DNA from: a virus
Lineage: Duplodnaviria > Caudoviricetes
Virus record (IMG/VR): IMGVR_UViG_2898571807_000002
Location: 1-64,000 of that record
DNA length: 64,000 nt
Direction: 5' to 3' (one strand)
Positions within the stretch are counted from its first letter, which is position 1. Every line of letters starts with the position of its first letter. The notes below the pieces were generated by a model. That model did no database searches. It saw nothing but the letters and a program-made list of their open reading frames with translations, and was not told the origin of the DNA. The position numbers and the translations under genes are program-made. This document shows positions 18,466 to 26,934 of this stretch, piece after piece.

Positions 18466-20547
18466 ATGTTCGTCAAGGTGGACCCGCCCAAGCGCGAGAC
18501 TCCCGACACCGTCCCCCAGGTCGACGATGTCGTCGACGACGCGGAGGACGGTGCCGACCAGGAGCACGGGGACTGGGCGCCCGAGAGCGTCGGCGCCCGC
18601 CTCCAACGCAGCCTCCACGCCACCGCGTGGCGCTGCCGCCGCCCTCTCCTACCTCACCTCATCGCCGGAGGCGTAGCAGGCGGAGGTTTCGCCTCACAGG
18701 CCATCACAGCCGCCGGCGCGGTCAGCGCCCCCGGTATGGCCACCATCCTCGCCGGGCTCGCGTTCCCATCCGCCTTCGCAGCGGTGAAAGCCACCAAGCG
18801 GCATCGTCGCCGCCTCGGCCACCGCGTCCTGCTCGGCGGCCTGTTCGCCGCGGGCTGGCTCACCCTCGCCCCGTACGGCATCGGCGCCGGCGACCTCGCC
18901 GTGCTCGGCACCGTCGAGGTCGCGCTCGCCGCGCGGTGGTGGCAGCACGTCCGCCTCGGCTACCCCGCCCCCCAGGAACCGAACGTGGAGGAACCCGAAG
19001 TGGAACCGGTCAATAGAGCCACCCAGATCATCAGCGACTGGGCTGCGTACATCGGCGGACAAGGCTGTGCGCTGCCCGGGTCCGCGCTCACGCTGCCGAT
19101 GCCGACCGAGCACGGCTACGCCTTCACAGCGCAGCTCGCCCGCGGTAAGCAATCCCTGCGGAGCGTCGTCGCCGCGCTCCCGATGATCTCCACCGGGCTG
19201 GAGGAACCGCTAGAGCACCTCATCGCCGAGTCCGCGCCACCCGACCCTGTGACCGGCAAGTCCTTTCCGTCGCGCTGCCGATTTCAGGTGGTCACACGAT
19301 CGCCGGTCACCGGCAACGTGGACTTCGACGGGCCCCGCCGTGACGGCGGGCTGATCGGACTTGGCCCGTGGGCGGACGGATCTGGTGAGGCACAGACCCG
19401 GCTGTACACCGAAGGGTCGATGTGGTCCACCGTCATCATCGGTGAAACGGGCAGCGGTAAGTCCCGCGTCGCGGAGAACAAGGTCATCTCCGCGCTGTCT
19501 GGCGGTGACACCGTCTACTGGTATCTCGACCCGCAGGGCGGCGCCTCATCCCCGGCCCTGGCCAAGCACGCCGACTGGTTCGGCACCCTGCGAGACGCCG
19601 GAGACATGGCGAACGCAGCCGTCGCAATCTTGGACGCCCGCGGCGAGGAGAACTCGATCGAGGGATGGACCGGGTTCACCCCCTCACCGGATCGCCCCGG
19701 CCTGCTGATCGTGGTGGAGGAATGCCACGACCCGTTCGATCAGCCAACGTGGACGCCGCTGTGGACCCGGATAGCCCGGGAAGGCCGCAAGGTTGGGGTC
19801 GCTCTGCTCTGCCTGTCGCAGTACCCCGGGGTGAAGACGTTCGGGAGCGAGGAAGCCCTCCGTATGAACGTGATGGCGGGGAACACCATCGTCCTGCACA
19901 CCACGTCCAACTCCGCAGGGCAGCTCATGCCGGGCTTGGACGTCGACCCGCAGACTCTCCCGAACATCCCGGGTTACTGCTACGTGCAAGGCAGCCCCCA
20001 GACCGGTACCCGTACCGCCCCGTTCCGGAACCGCAACACCACGCCAGAAGGCCGGAAGGATCTCGCGGAGCAGTGGCTTGCGCGGCAGCCTCAGCCGCGG
20101 CTGGACACTCTCGCGGTCACCGCGACGCTCGCTGCTGGGACGGCGTACCGGGACCGGCACACCTCCACCTCGTCGGGCCGTGCAGCGTCAGCCACGCGGG
20201 TGGAGGCGCTGCGGTCCGGGGCCCTGCCCGAGGACCTGCGCGCCCCGCAGCCAACGCCCGCGCGGGCGTCCGTGGGGGAGATGGGCAAACTCATCGAGTT
20301 CCCGCGCGCGCTCGTCCCTGCAGACCTGGAGTCCACGGCACCGCTCGCCCCGCGCGGCCCCCTGTCCGAGCTCACCGGGTCCCGTCTCGCGGTCGTCCAG
20401 GCCGTCGCCGCCGGCGCCACCCGCCCCAAAGAGATCGAGGCCGCGACCGGACTCAAGCACCGCCAGTGCGCGGACCTCCTCAAGGAACTCGTCGCCTCCG
20501 GACATCTGACCCAACCCCGGTACGGCCGCTACCAGGCCGCCGCCTGA
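18466..20547 (+). CDS. TraB-like FtsK/SpoIIIE conjugative DNA translocase
   Basis: TM region, GETGSGKS Walker A, YLDPQGG, LIVVEE Walker B, REGRKVGV, C-terminal winged HTH. Confidence 0.85.
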   Translation: MFVKVDPPKRETPDTVPQVDDVVDDAEDGADQEHGDWAPESVGARLQRSLHATAWRCRRPLLPHLIAGGVAGGGFASQAITAAGAVSAPGMATILAGLAFPSAFAAVKATKRHRRRLGHRVLLGGLFAAGWLTLAPYGIGAGDLAVLGTVEVALAARWWQHVRLGYPAPQEPNVEEPEVEPVNRATQIISDWAAYIGGQGCALPGSALTLPMPTEHGYAFTAQLARGKQSLRSVVAALPMISTGLEEPLEHLIAESAPPDPVTGKSFPSRCRFQVVTRSPVTGNVDFDGPRRDGGLIGLGPWADGSGEAQTRLYTEGSMWSTVIIGETGSGKSRVAENKVISALSGGDTVYWYLDPQGGASSPALAKHADWFGTLRDAGDMANAAVAILDARGEENSIEGWTGFTPSPDRPGLLIVVEECHDPFDQPTWTPLWTRIAREGRKVGVALLCLSQYPGVKTFGSEEALRMNVMAGNTIVLHTTSNSAGQLMPGLDVDPQTLPNIPGYCYVQGSPQTGTRTAPFRNRNTTPEGRKDLAEQWLARQPQPRLDTLAVTATLAAGTAYRDRHTSTSSGRAASATRVEALRSGALPEDLRAPQPTPARASVGEMGKLIEFPRALVPADLESTAPLAPRGPLSELTGSRLAVVQAVAAGATRPKEIEAATGLKHRQCADLLKELVASGHLTQPRYGRYQAAA

Positions 20548-20563
20548 CTAGGAAGGACCCCTC

Positions 20564-20839
20564 ATGCCCTCTCCCACCGCCAGCCCTGGCTCCTGGGACG
20601 CCGTCGACCGCGGCATCCTCCGCGCCGCCCAGGTCTCAGCCACATGCCGTCAGATCGCCGACGCGACTGGACTGACCGCTGACCTGGTGAAGAACCAGAT
20701 CGAGGTCCACGTCCGGAACGGGTTGCTCGCACAGATCGTGAACGGCGGTGTCCGCTACCAACTCACCGTCGCGGGCTACAAGCGGCTGTTCGACCTCACC
20801 GACACCAACACCCGGCCCGGCCACCGAGCCGCGGCCTGA
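20564..20839 (+). CDS. winged-helix protein
   Basis: TCRQIADATGLTADLVK...YQLTVAG. Confidence 0.65.
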   Translation: MPSPTASPGSWDAVDRGILRAAQVSATCRQIADATGLTADLVKNQIEVHVRNGLLAQIVNGGVRYQLTVAGYKRLFDLTDTNTRPGHRAAA

Positions 20840-21124
20840 ACCAGAAGGAGAACGTCTTGTCCCGTGACCGCCTGCTCGCCGACCTGGGAACCGCCGTCCG
20901 CCTACGCGACGACGCCCGCGCCCGCGCCCTGTTCCAGCAGTTGGAGCGCGAGCACCCGAACACTGCGGCGGAACTTCTCGCCCGGCTCGCGCTGCCTGCT
21001 GACCAGGTCGCGGCGATCACCGCCGCCTGACCGCGCCTGGTACTGCGTCCTGGCGCTCGACCACTGGGTGGTCGAGCGCCTCACGGACCACCAGACCTAG
21101 ATCACCGAGACGAAAGCCAACCCG

Positions 21125-21514
21125 ATGACCGACATCTCCACCTACACCCGCAGCACCGCCCCGCCATGGGCTGAGACCGTCGTCCACGCCATCCGGGCAG
21201 ACGACCCGGGCAAGGCCCGCAAACTGTGGATGGACGCCGCCGCGAAGGCCGGCGCAGACCACGCCATCTACGCCGTAGCCGAACCCGGCCCCGGTCAGAT
21301 CACGGTGGGAGAGGCGCCGCTCGTGTTCGGGAACCCGCTCCGTCATGGGTTCGCCTGGCGGTGCGGCGAATGCCTGGACACCTTCCGCCGCGGCGGCCCC
21401 GACCCGCACGCCGGCGTCAACTACACGACGCTGCATGCCGCGTCGAACGCCGCACGCAAACACTCGGCCGAGGGCCACACCGGGAGCGTGCCAGTACACG
21501 AGGTGACTCGGTGA
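21125..21514 (+). CDS. hypothetical protein
   Basis: WRCGEC...ARKH Zn-like motif. Confidence 0.55.
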   Translation: MTDISTYTRSTAPPWAETVVHAIRADDPGKARKLWMDAAAKAGADHAIYAVAEPGPGQITVGEAPLVFGNPLRHGFAWRCGECLDTFRRGGPDPHAGVNYTTLHAASNAARKHSAEGHTGSVPVHEVTR

Positions 21515-21939
21515 CCCTCGGACGCCTCGGCGGCGTGTACGCGGCTCTCCACGCAGGCCACATGGTGGGCGACTACTGGGCTCAAACGGCAAGGGCTGCG
21601 GAGGTGAAGGGTAAGCCTGGCCGTGACGGGCGACGTGCCTGCGCCACCCACGTAGCCACGCTCACTGCCACGCAGGCCGCGTTCCTCGCCGGCGCCAGCC
21701 TCGCCACCGGGGAGCAGCTCAACGTCCGCCGTGCCGTGCTCGGCCTCGCGGTGAACGCCGTGTCCCACTACGCCATCGACCGCCGCGACAACGGCGTCAT
21801 GCCCGTCCTCTGCCGCGCCCTCCGCCGGTTCGGCAAGGACGACTACATGCGCACCGCCACCGGCGCGGCGCACCTTGACCAGGCTTGGCACATCGCATGG
21901 TGCGCCATCACCGCAGCCATCATCGCCGGAAAGGACTGA
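21511..21939 (+). CDS. DUF3307-like membrane protein
   Basis: GHMVGDYWAQT..K...H...SHYAID...DQAWH. Confidence 0.75.
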   Translation: MTLGRLGGVYAALHAGHMVGDYWAQTARAAEVKGKPGRDGRRACATHVATLTATQAAFLAGASLATGEQLNVRRAVLGLAVNAVSHYAIDRRDNGVMPVLCRALRRFGKDDYMRTATGAAHLDQAWHIAWCAITAAIIAGKD

Positions 21940-22019
21940 CCCGGTGGACGGCGCATGACTGGCTGTTACACCGTACTCACCGAAGCACGCGCCGCCAGAA
22001 AACCGGCCGAGGAGGAACC

Positions 22020-22433
22020 ATGGTCGTACTCGTATGGATCACGATTGCCGTCCTGGTGGTGGCGTTCCTCGTCCTCGTCGCGTTCACGGTCTGGGCATCG
22101 CAGCAGCTCTCCCGCCAGGCCGCCCAGGCAGAAGCGAAAGCTACCCGCCGCCTACACCCGGAAGCCGGCACTCAGACCCCCGGGTCTGGCGCGCCCCAAG
22201 GTGAGCAGCAGAACGGCCAATCCCAACCCGAGCACGAGGTCCCTGCGCAACTCCGCAAGGAGATCGACCACGCCCTCCACCTCGCAGAGATCGAGCACAA
22301 CGCCCGCCAGTTCGCGATCATCTGGCGTTCCTACCGGCGCCTGGCCGCGATGTTCCCGGACGCAATGGATGACATCGTCAAGGACGAGATCGCACGGGCC
22401 GAGGAGCGTGACCGTGGCACCGACGAAACTTAG
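22020..22433 (+). CDS. membrane-anchored hypothetical protein
   Basis: GGAGGA RBS; N-terminal TM. Confidence 0.6.
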   Translation: MVVLVWITIAVLVVAFLVLVAFTVWASQQLSRQAAQAEAKATRRLHPEAGTQTPGSGAPQGEQQNGQSQPEHEVPAQLRKEIDHALHLAEIEHNARQFAIIWRSYRRLAAMFPDAMDDIVKDEIARAEERDRGTDET

Positions 22434-22495
22434 GGATTGGGAATTCACGGCAGCACTTTTCCTGCATCTGACCTGCGAAAATGAGAGAATAGAGC

Positions 22496-23377
22496 ATGAG
22501 CGATCGCTTCACGCAGAACCAACTCAGCGAGAGGACGATCTACTCGATTGCGCCACCTGAGAACCGTCTCATCGCTCATAACGACCGCGTCTACCGGGTG
22601 GTGTCCGTGAGCCCGCCCGGCAACGAAGACGGTCAGGGCCTCTGGCATTGGACGCTCCGCCCCGAGCACCGCACCGGCCCAGACGAGCACTTCGAGGGCG
22701 ACGAGCAGCGCTCCTGGCGAGTCCTGCCCGCCCACCACGCCGTCTGCGCGGAATGCGGTGAACCTGTGCCCTGCCGACGGCTCCGCGAGCAGTGGGCCGC
22801 GGTCCACGCTTCACGCCGCGCCAGAGACCTCATGTCCATTCCCGAGGGCGCTTGCTGGTCCTGCCGGGAGATGACCACCAACCGGCAGAGCGTCATCCTG
22901 TTCCCAGGGGAAAATCTGTTCCTGCCTGCGGGGCCGCCCGTCACGTTCCACACAGGCCGCCAAGCATGCCGACACTCCGCGATGGAGTACCAGGAGAAGT
23001 GGATCGCCGCCGACGTCACCCGCAAGCCATTGATCGACTGGGTCGATCCCTTCTCGGGGCACCCCAATCCGACGCAGCGGCGCCTCCTGGCGATGGCAGC
23101 CGCAGGCGAACTCCACTGTCACGGCACCCTCGTCTACCACGCCGGACCTGACACCGACCTATCCGCGATCTTGCGAGGGGAGGCGCGAGACACCGCCGAG
23201 TACCAGTGGTACCCGTCCAACCTGACCGCAGTTCAAGTGCGCTACTTGGATCCGCTGATCGCCTCGGGCCTCATCGTTAAACCTGTCCGGGGAGACCGCG
23301 GAGGGAGAGAAGGTGTCTACCGCCTCTCAGATGAGGGCTGGCGTACGCATCGCCAGTACCCGCCGAAGTCCAGCTAG
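22496..23377 (+). CDS. hypothetical Zn-binding protein with C-terminal winged HTH
   Basis: CAECGEPVPC, CWSC; YRLSDEG. Confidence 0.65.
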   Translation: MSDRFTQNQLSERTIYSIAPPENRLIAHNDRVYRVVSVSPPGNEDGQGLWHWTLRPEHRTGPDEHFEGDEQRSWRVLPAHHAVCAECGEPVPCRRLREQWAAVHASRRARDLMSIPEGACWSCREMTTNRQSVILFPGENLFLPAGPPVTFHTGRQACRHSAMEYQEKWIAADVTRKPLIDWVDPFSGHPNPTQRRLLAMAAAGELHCHGTLVYHAGPDTDLSAILRGEARDTAEYQWYPSNLTAVQVRYLDPLIASGLIVKPVRGDRGGREGVYRLSDEGWRTHRQYPPKSS

Positions 23378-23449
23378 GACGGCGGCAGGTATGGGCTCAC
23401 AGAATGCGGATTCCGGGAACTTGACGATAGAAATCGAGGTCGCCGAATC

Positions 23450-24502
23450 GTGACCGAACTTGTCCCCCACGGCACCGAAGGTCTTCCGGTGGCCCGCCTA
23501 CTCACGATCACCGGGCCTCCGAAGGGAACCGCCGACCCCTACGTGGCTTACAAAGACTCGCTCGACAGTCCCGAGTCCAAGACCACCATGACGAGGTGCC
23601 TCGACCGGATCGCATTAATGATTCTTGAGGCGGAGATCGGCGGGCCGCTCCCCCGAGACCACCCACCGGTGACCGGCGCAGGGCGTTCCTGGTGGCTCCT
23701 GCGATATGAGCACACCTCACGTATCCGCGCCCTACTGGTAGCAAGGGGCTGGTCACCCAGCAACGTCAATAAGCACCTGTCGGCGCTTCGCCGGGTCCTT
23801 GAAGAGTGCAAGTTCCTCGGCCTGATGACAGCAGACGAGTACGACGCGGCTGCCCGAATCAAGAACGTAGAGGCTAAGCGGGAGAAAGCTGGCCGGAGTC
23901 TCGACTCGGACGAACTGTTCTCGATGCTGCGCGTGTGCGCGAACGTTGATGGAGCGTCAGGGGTTCGCGATGCCGCTCTGATCTCTGTCCTTTGGTGCAC
24001 GGGCGCGCGACGCGAAGAGGTCGCGAACATCCTGCTTGAGCGCTACGACGCTGGCGCCCGGGCGCTCCGCATCATCGGCAAGGGCAACAAAGAACGCACC
24101 GTGTACATCCATCCGCAGGTACTCCCCCACCTCAACGCCTGGCTGGCGTTGCTCGGGGCGCGCCGCGGTCCGATGTTCCGCCCGGTCGACCGGTGGGGCC
24201 ATGTGCGTTCGGACTCAATGTCCAAGCGCGCGATCGGAATGGTGGTCGCCCGAGTTCGCGCCCGCGCAGGGCTACCGCCACTGTCCACCCACGACTTCCG
24301 CCACACCTTCATCGGTGACCTACTCGACAAGGGCGTGGACCTGGCTACGGTGCAGGCGCTCGTCGGGCACGCCTCTCCTGTCACTACCGCGTCCTACGAT
24401 CGGCGACCAGAGCGCGTCAAACGCGAAGCCGTGGACAGCCTGGACTTCCCTGGGCCGCAGGCTGCTACCCCGCCCCTGGCGGATGACGACACCGAGGAGT
24501 GA
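23450..24502 (+). CDS. tyrosine recombinase (XerC/D-like integrase or resolvase)
   Basis: TGARREE, GKGNK, HDFRH, LVGH, TASY catalytic motifs. Confidence 0.95.
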   Translation: MTELVPHGTEGLPVARLLTITGPPKGTADPYVAYKDSLDSPESKTTMTRCLDRIALMILEAEIGGPLPRDHPPVTGAGRSWWLLRYEHTSRIRALLVARGWSPSNVNKHLSALRRVLEECKFLGLMTADEYDAAARIKNVEAKREKAGRSLDSDELFSMLRVCANVDGASGVRDAALISVLWCTGARREEVANILLERYDAGARALRIIGKGNKERTVYIHPQVLPHLNAWLALLGARRGPMFRPVDRWGHVRSDSMSKRAIGMVVARVRARAGLPPLSTHDFRHTFIGDLLDKGVDLATVQALVGHASPVTTASYDRRPERVKREAVDSLDFPGPQAATPPLADDDTEE

Positions 24503-24506
24503 CCGC

Positions 24507-25958
24507 GTGGCAAACGAGGCGACTGGAACCGTCTACGCGCTCGTCGACCCGCGGACCAACGCCGTCCGCTACATCGGGGCCACCACCAGGCCGCTGAAAA
24601 CCCGCTTGCAAGGGCATCTGAAGAGCCGCGTCCCGCGGGTGAAGGCATGGGTCGATGAACTCTCCGCATCGGATGTTATACCTCGAATCGAGGCCATCAC
24701 CGAAGGAGTCGCCGCACGCGATCTCCAGGAGGCTGAACGAGCTGAGATCACTCGGCGCCTGATCGCGGGCGAAAAGCTCCTGAACGAGTCCGCCACCGCC
24801 ACCGCCAGGAAGCACATCGAGCATCAGCGTCAGCTCGCTCGGCAGGAGCGCCACCGCGCGGCTTGGGAGCACGCCGCGCACCAAGTCCGCAACGCCGTGG
24901 GCGGGCCTCTCCCCCCAGGCGATATCACGCCGATCCCACTCAACGAGGCGGCTCGGACGGCCTACGGCTCCATGCTGCAGATCATGAACGCTCCAGATGA
25001 GGCGTTCGATTCTTCATGCGGCGACCGCAAGCTCAGCAGGAGCACCCACCTGATGCTGATGCGCGAAACCGCAGGCGAAGAACTCTGGCGATCCACTCAG
25101 GCAAGGTGGGGACGTCTACGGTCCGCGGCCGATAAGAGCTTTGACACGGTGCTCGCTGGGCGTGTGCACTCTGTATTCGCCAACCGCTGGACCGACCTGA
25201 ACGTGGCTCCCCGCTATCTCGCGCTGGTGCCGTGGGGAATGGTGGCGGTCGGTCCGTGGGCAGCGCTTGCTGAACGCGCTGGCATGGATGCGTCGGGGCA
25301 GGACTTTATCGACTGGGTTTCCGATGATCCTTCAGTGCGCGAAGCGCTCACCGTTCTCCTGCTCCGGTCCGATGGTCGCATGGGGCCGCTCTCGGTGCTG
25401 GACGACTACGACCGCGTCATGCGGCCATCGACCGGTTTGGTCGCGCTGACCGCGGCTCACCACCCTGGCTTCGAAATGCCCGATGTCCTGGGCGCAGAGG
25501 TTAGGGGGTTTATCGAGGTGTTGCAGCGAGGCGACCTGCTAACCCCTGGGATCGTCGAGCTTCTCCTGAAGCTGGCCCCCGAAGCCCTCGACAACATCCT
25601 CGGCCCCGACCTCGCTGCCTCCATCGACAGTCAACTGGGGCTTCCGGCCGGTACCTCATGTGACGTGCTGACGGCTCTGCTGAAGAGGAGGAGTGCTTGG
25701 CAGCTTCGCGACCTCGACCGCGTCGTTGCGCGGGCGCAGGGGGCGTTCCCAACCATTACCACCCCAGATTTCACGCGGTGGACAGGCTCGACCGCTCCGA
25801 TGTTTCAGGCGATCGTGGCGGCGCTGGTCGCCTCTGAACACCTCCCAGCGCCGATCGGAACAGCACCCGACGATCTTGTAGATCGGGTTCGCGCTCTTTG
25901 GCGCGGCGGTCTGGAGCCCGATGATTACCCATTTATACCGGCGTCTAGGTTCGTCTAG
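24507..25958 (+). CDS. GIY-YIG-domain protein with a long helical C-terminus
   Basis: TVYALVDPRTNAVRYIGATTRPLKTRLQGH...AERAEI...LLN. Confidence 0.7.
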   Translation: MANEATGTVYALVDPRTNAVRYIGATTRPLKTRLQGHLKSRVPRVKAWVDELSASDVIPRIEAITEGVAARDLQEAERAEITRRLIAGEKLLNESATATARKHIEHQRQLARQERHRAAWEHAAHQVRNAVGGPLPPGDITPIPLNEAARTAYGSMLQIMNAPDEAFDSSCGDRKLSRSTHLMLMRETAGEELWRSTQARWGRLRSAADKSFDTVLAGRVHSVFANRWTDLNVAPRYLALVPWGMVAVGPWAALAERAGMDASGQDFIDWVSDDPSVREALTVLLLRSDGRMGPLSVLDDYDRVMRPSTGLVALTAAHHPGFEMPDVLGAEVRGFIEVLQRGDLLTPGIVELLLKLAPEALDNILGPDLAASIDSQLGLPAGTSCDVLTALLKRRSAWQLRDLDRVVARAQGAFPTITTPDFTRWTGSTAPMFQAIVAALVASEHLPAPIGTAPDDLVDRVRALWRGGLEPDDYPFIPASRFV

Positions 25959-26009
25959 CCCCCGACCCCTGCTGACCTGCAGCTGGTTGCCTAGTGGCAT
26001 GATCGTTCC

Positions 26010-26285
26010 GTGGCTGACTACACGTTCCCCGACGACCTGCTCCAACTCCAGCGCGACTTCGACCGGGCTGAGCGGCGCTGCCAGGAGATCTCAGCGTCGA
26101 TCCCCTCCGGTGTCGAGATCGTGGAGGGGAACGTGGACGCCATCGCCGAGCAGCAGGCCGCGTTGAACGAGGCGCGTGCGAAGCGCCTGGAGGTCGTCGT
26201 CGCGTTGCAGGGGCATCCGTTCTGGGAGACGGTGGAGAACCGGTTCGACGCGAAGGAAGCACTGCGGAAAGCCGCACGGCAGTAG
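26010..26285 (+). CDS. small helical hypothetical protein
   Basis: FPDDLLQLQ...HPFWETV...ALRKAAR. Confidence 0.6.
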   Translation: MADYTFPDDLLQLQRDFDRAERRCQEISASIPSGVEIVEGNVDAIAEQQAALNEARAKRLEVVVALQGHPFWETVENRFDAKEALRKAARQ

Positions 26286-26340
26286 GCCCCCGCCAATATC
26301 AAGATGCGTACTTGCCGGGGATGGGTTACCTTCCGAGCTA

Positions 26341-26421
26341 GTACCTCCCGGTGCGAAGGCCACGGGTTACTTCTTTCACCCAGAAACCCAACCCGAGGCT
26401 GTCTCTGATCTCGGGAGGCAC
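26341..26421 (+). ncRNA. Y RNA-like unit 1 (short, no tRNA domain)
   Basis: GTACCTCCCG-GTGCG ... GATCT-CGGGAGGCAC terminal stem; upstream of the TROVE gene. Confidence 0.75.
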
Positions 26422-26427
26422 GACAAC

Positions 26428-26584
26428 TTCAGAGCGCGCCCGGTGCGATAGGTGAGGGCTACTTCCTCTGCAAAAGGAGAGACGCGGGTTCGAATCCCGC
26501 CGCCAGCTCACGCTGGTGTGGACGAGTGGCCTAAGTCGCTTACGTTTCCTTCGCCGACCTTTGATCTCGGGCGCGTCCTCTGAA
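26428..26584 (+). ncRNA. Y RNA-like unit 2 (YrlA-like; permuted tRNA-Cys domain)
   Basis: CGCGCCCG-GTGCG / GATCT-CGGGCGCG stem; anticodon arm TTCCT-CTGCAAA-AGGAG, T arm GCGGG-TTCGAAT-CCCGC, closed acceptor CGCCAGC-TCAC-GCTGGTG, D arm GAC-GAGTGGCCTAA-GTC. Confidence 0.85.
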
Positions 26585-26597
26585 CACAACTGAATAC

Positions 26598-26728
26598 GCA
26601 CCTCCCGGTGCGTAGGCGATAACGGGTACTTCGCAGGTTCGATTCCTGTCGCGGGCCGCCGTCAGGCTTCCGCTCGCGACGCCCATGTTGGGGGCATCCC
26701 CGTACGCCGACTTGATCTCGGGAGGAGC
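26598..26728 (+). ncRNA. Y RNA-like unit 3 (degenerate tRNA-like domain)
   Basis: CCTCCCG-GTGCG / GATCT-CGGGAGG stem; T arm GCAGG-TTCGATT-CCTGT; acceptor-like CGCGGGC/GCTCGCG. Confidence 0.75.
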
Positions 26729-26736
26729 ACATACAT

Positions 26737-26890
26737 CGCGGGTGCCCGGTGCGAAGGCAACGGCTCCTTCCTTGTTAATTCATGGGTCGTGGGTTCAAAT
26801 CCCACCACCGTCTTCGGGCGGTGTAGCTCAGTTCGGCAGAGCAATGAACGTGTCGACCGTCGCCGACTTCTGATCTCGGGCGCCACCGCG
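26737..26890 (+). ncRNA. Y RNA-like unit 4 (YrlA-like; permuted tRNA-Asn-like domain)
   Basis: GGTGCCCG-GTGCG / GATCT-CGGGCGCC stem; TGTTAA-TTCAT, T arm GTGGG-TTCAAAT-CCCAC, acceptor CACCGTC-TTCG-GGCGGTG, D arm GCTC-AGTTCGGCA-GAGC, then ATGAA. Confidence 0.85.
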
Positions 26891-26896
26891 AACAGT

Positions 26897-26930
26897 GAGG
26901 CTCCTCTCCCCCCTGCGAGAGGAGCTTTTC
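26897..26930 (+). terminator. hairpin plus T tract overlapping the Ro60 RBS
   Basis: 9-bp perfect stem GCTCCTCTC/GAGAGGAGC followed by TTTT; GGAG lies in the 3' arm, 10 nt from ATG 26935. Confidence 0.6.
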
Positions 26931-26934
26931 GCAT

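Noticed and set aside
23378-23449. att site next to the tyrosine recombinase
   Set aside because: No tRNA 3'-end duplication or direct repeat found by eye.
26373-26379. CTTTCAC (Glu-like anticodon loop) in unit 1
   Set aside because: No flanking stem in the correct register; could be chance.
26463-26849. Canonical tRNA genes suggested by T-loop and D-loop motifs
   Set aside because: Arm order is permuted (T before D), acceptor ends are joined by loops and there is no CCA; called as Y-RNA-like ncRNA instead.
26341-26890. Y-RNA array as a CRISPR array
   Set aside because: The shared motifs are short paired termini around structured inserts of unequal length, not direct repeats with spacers.
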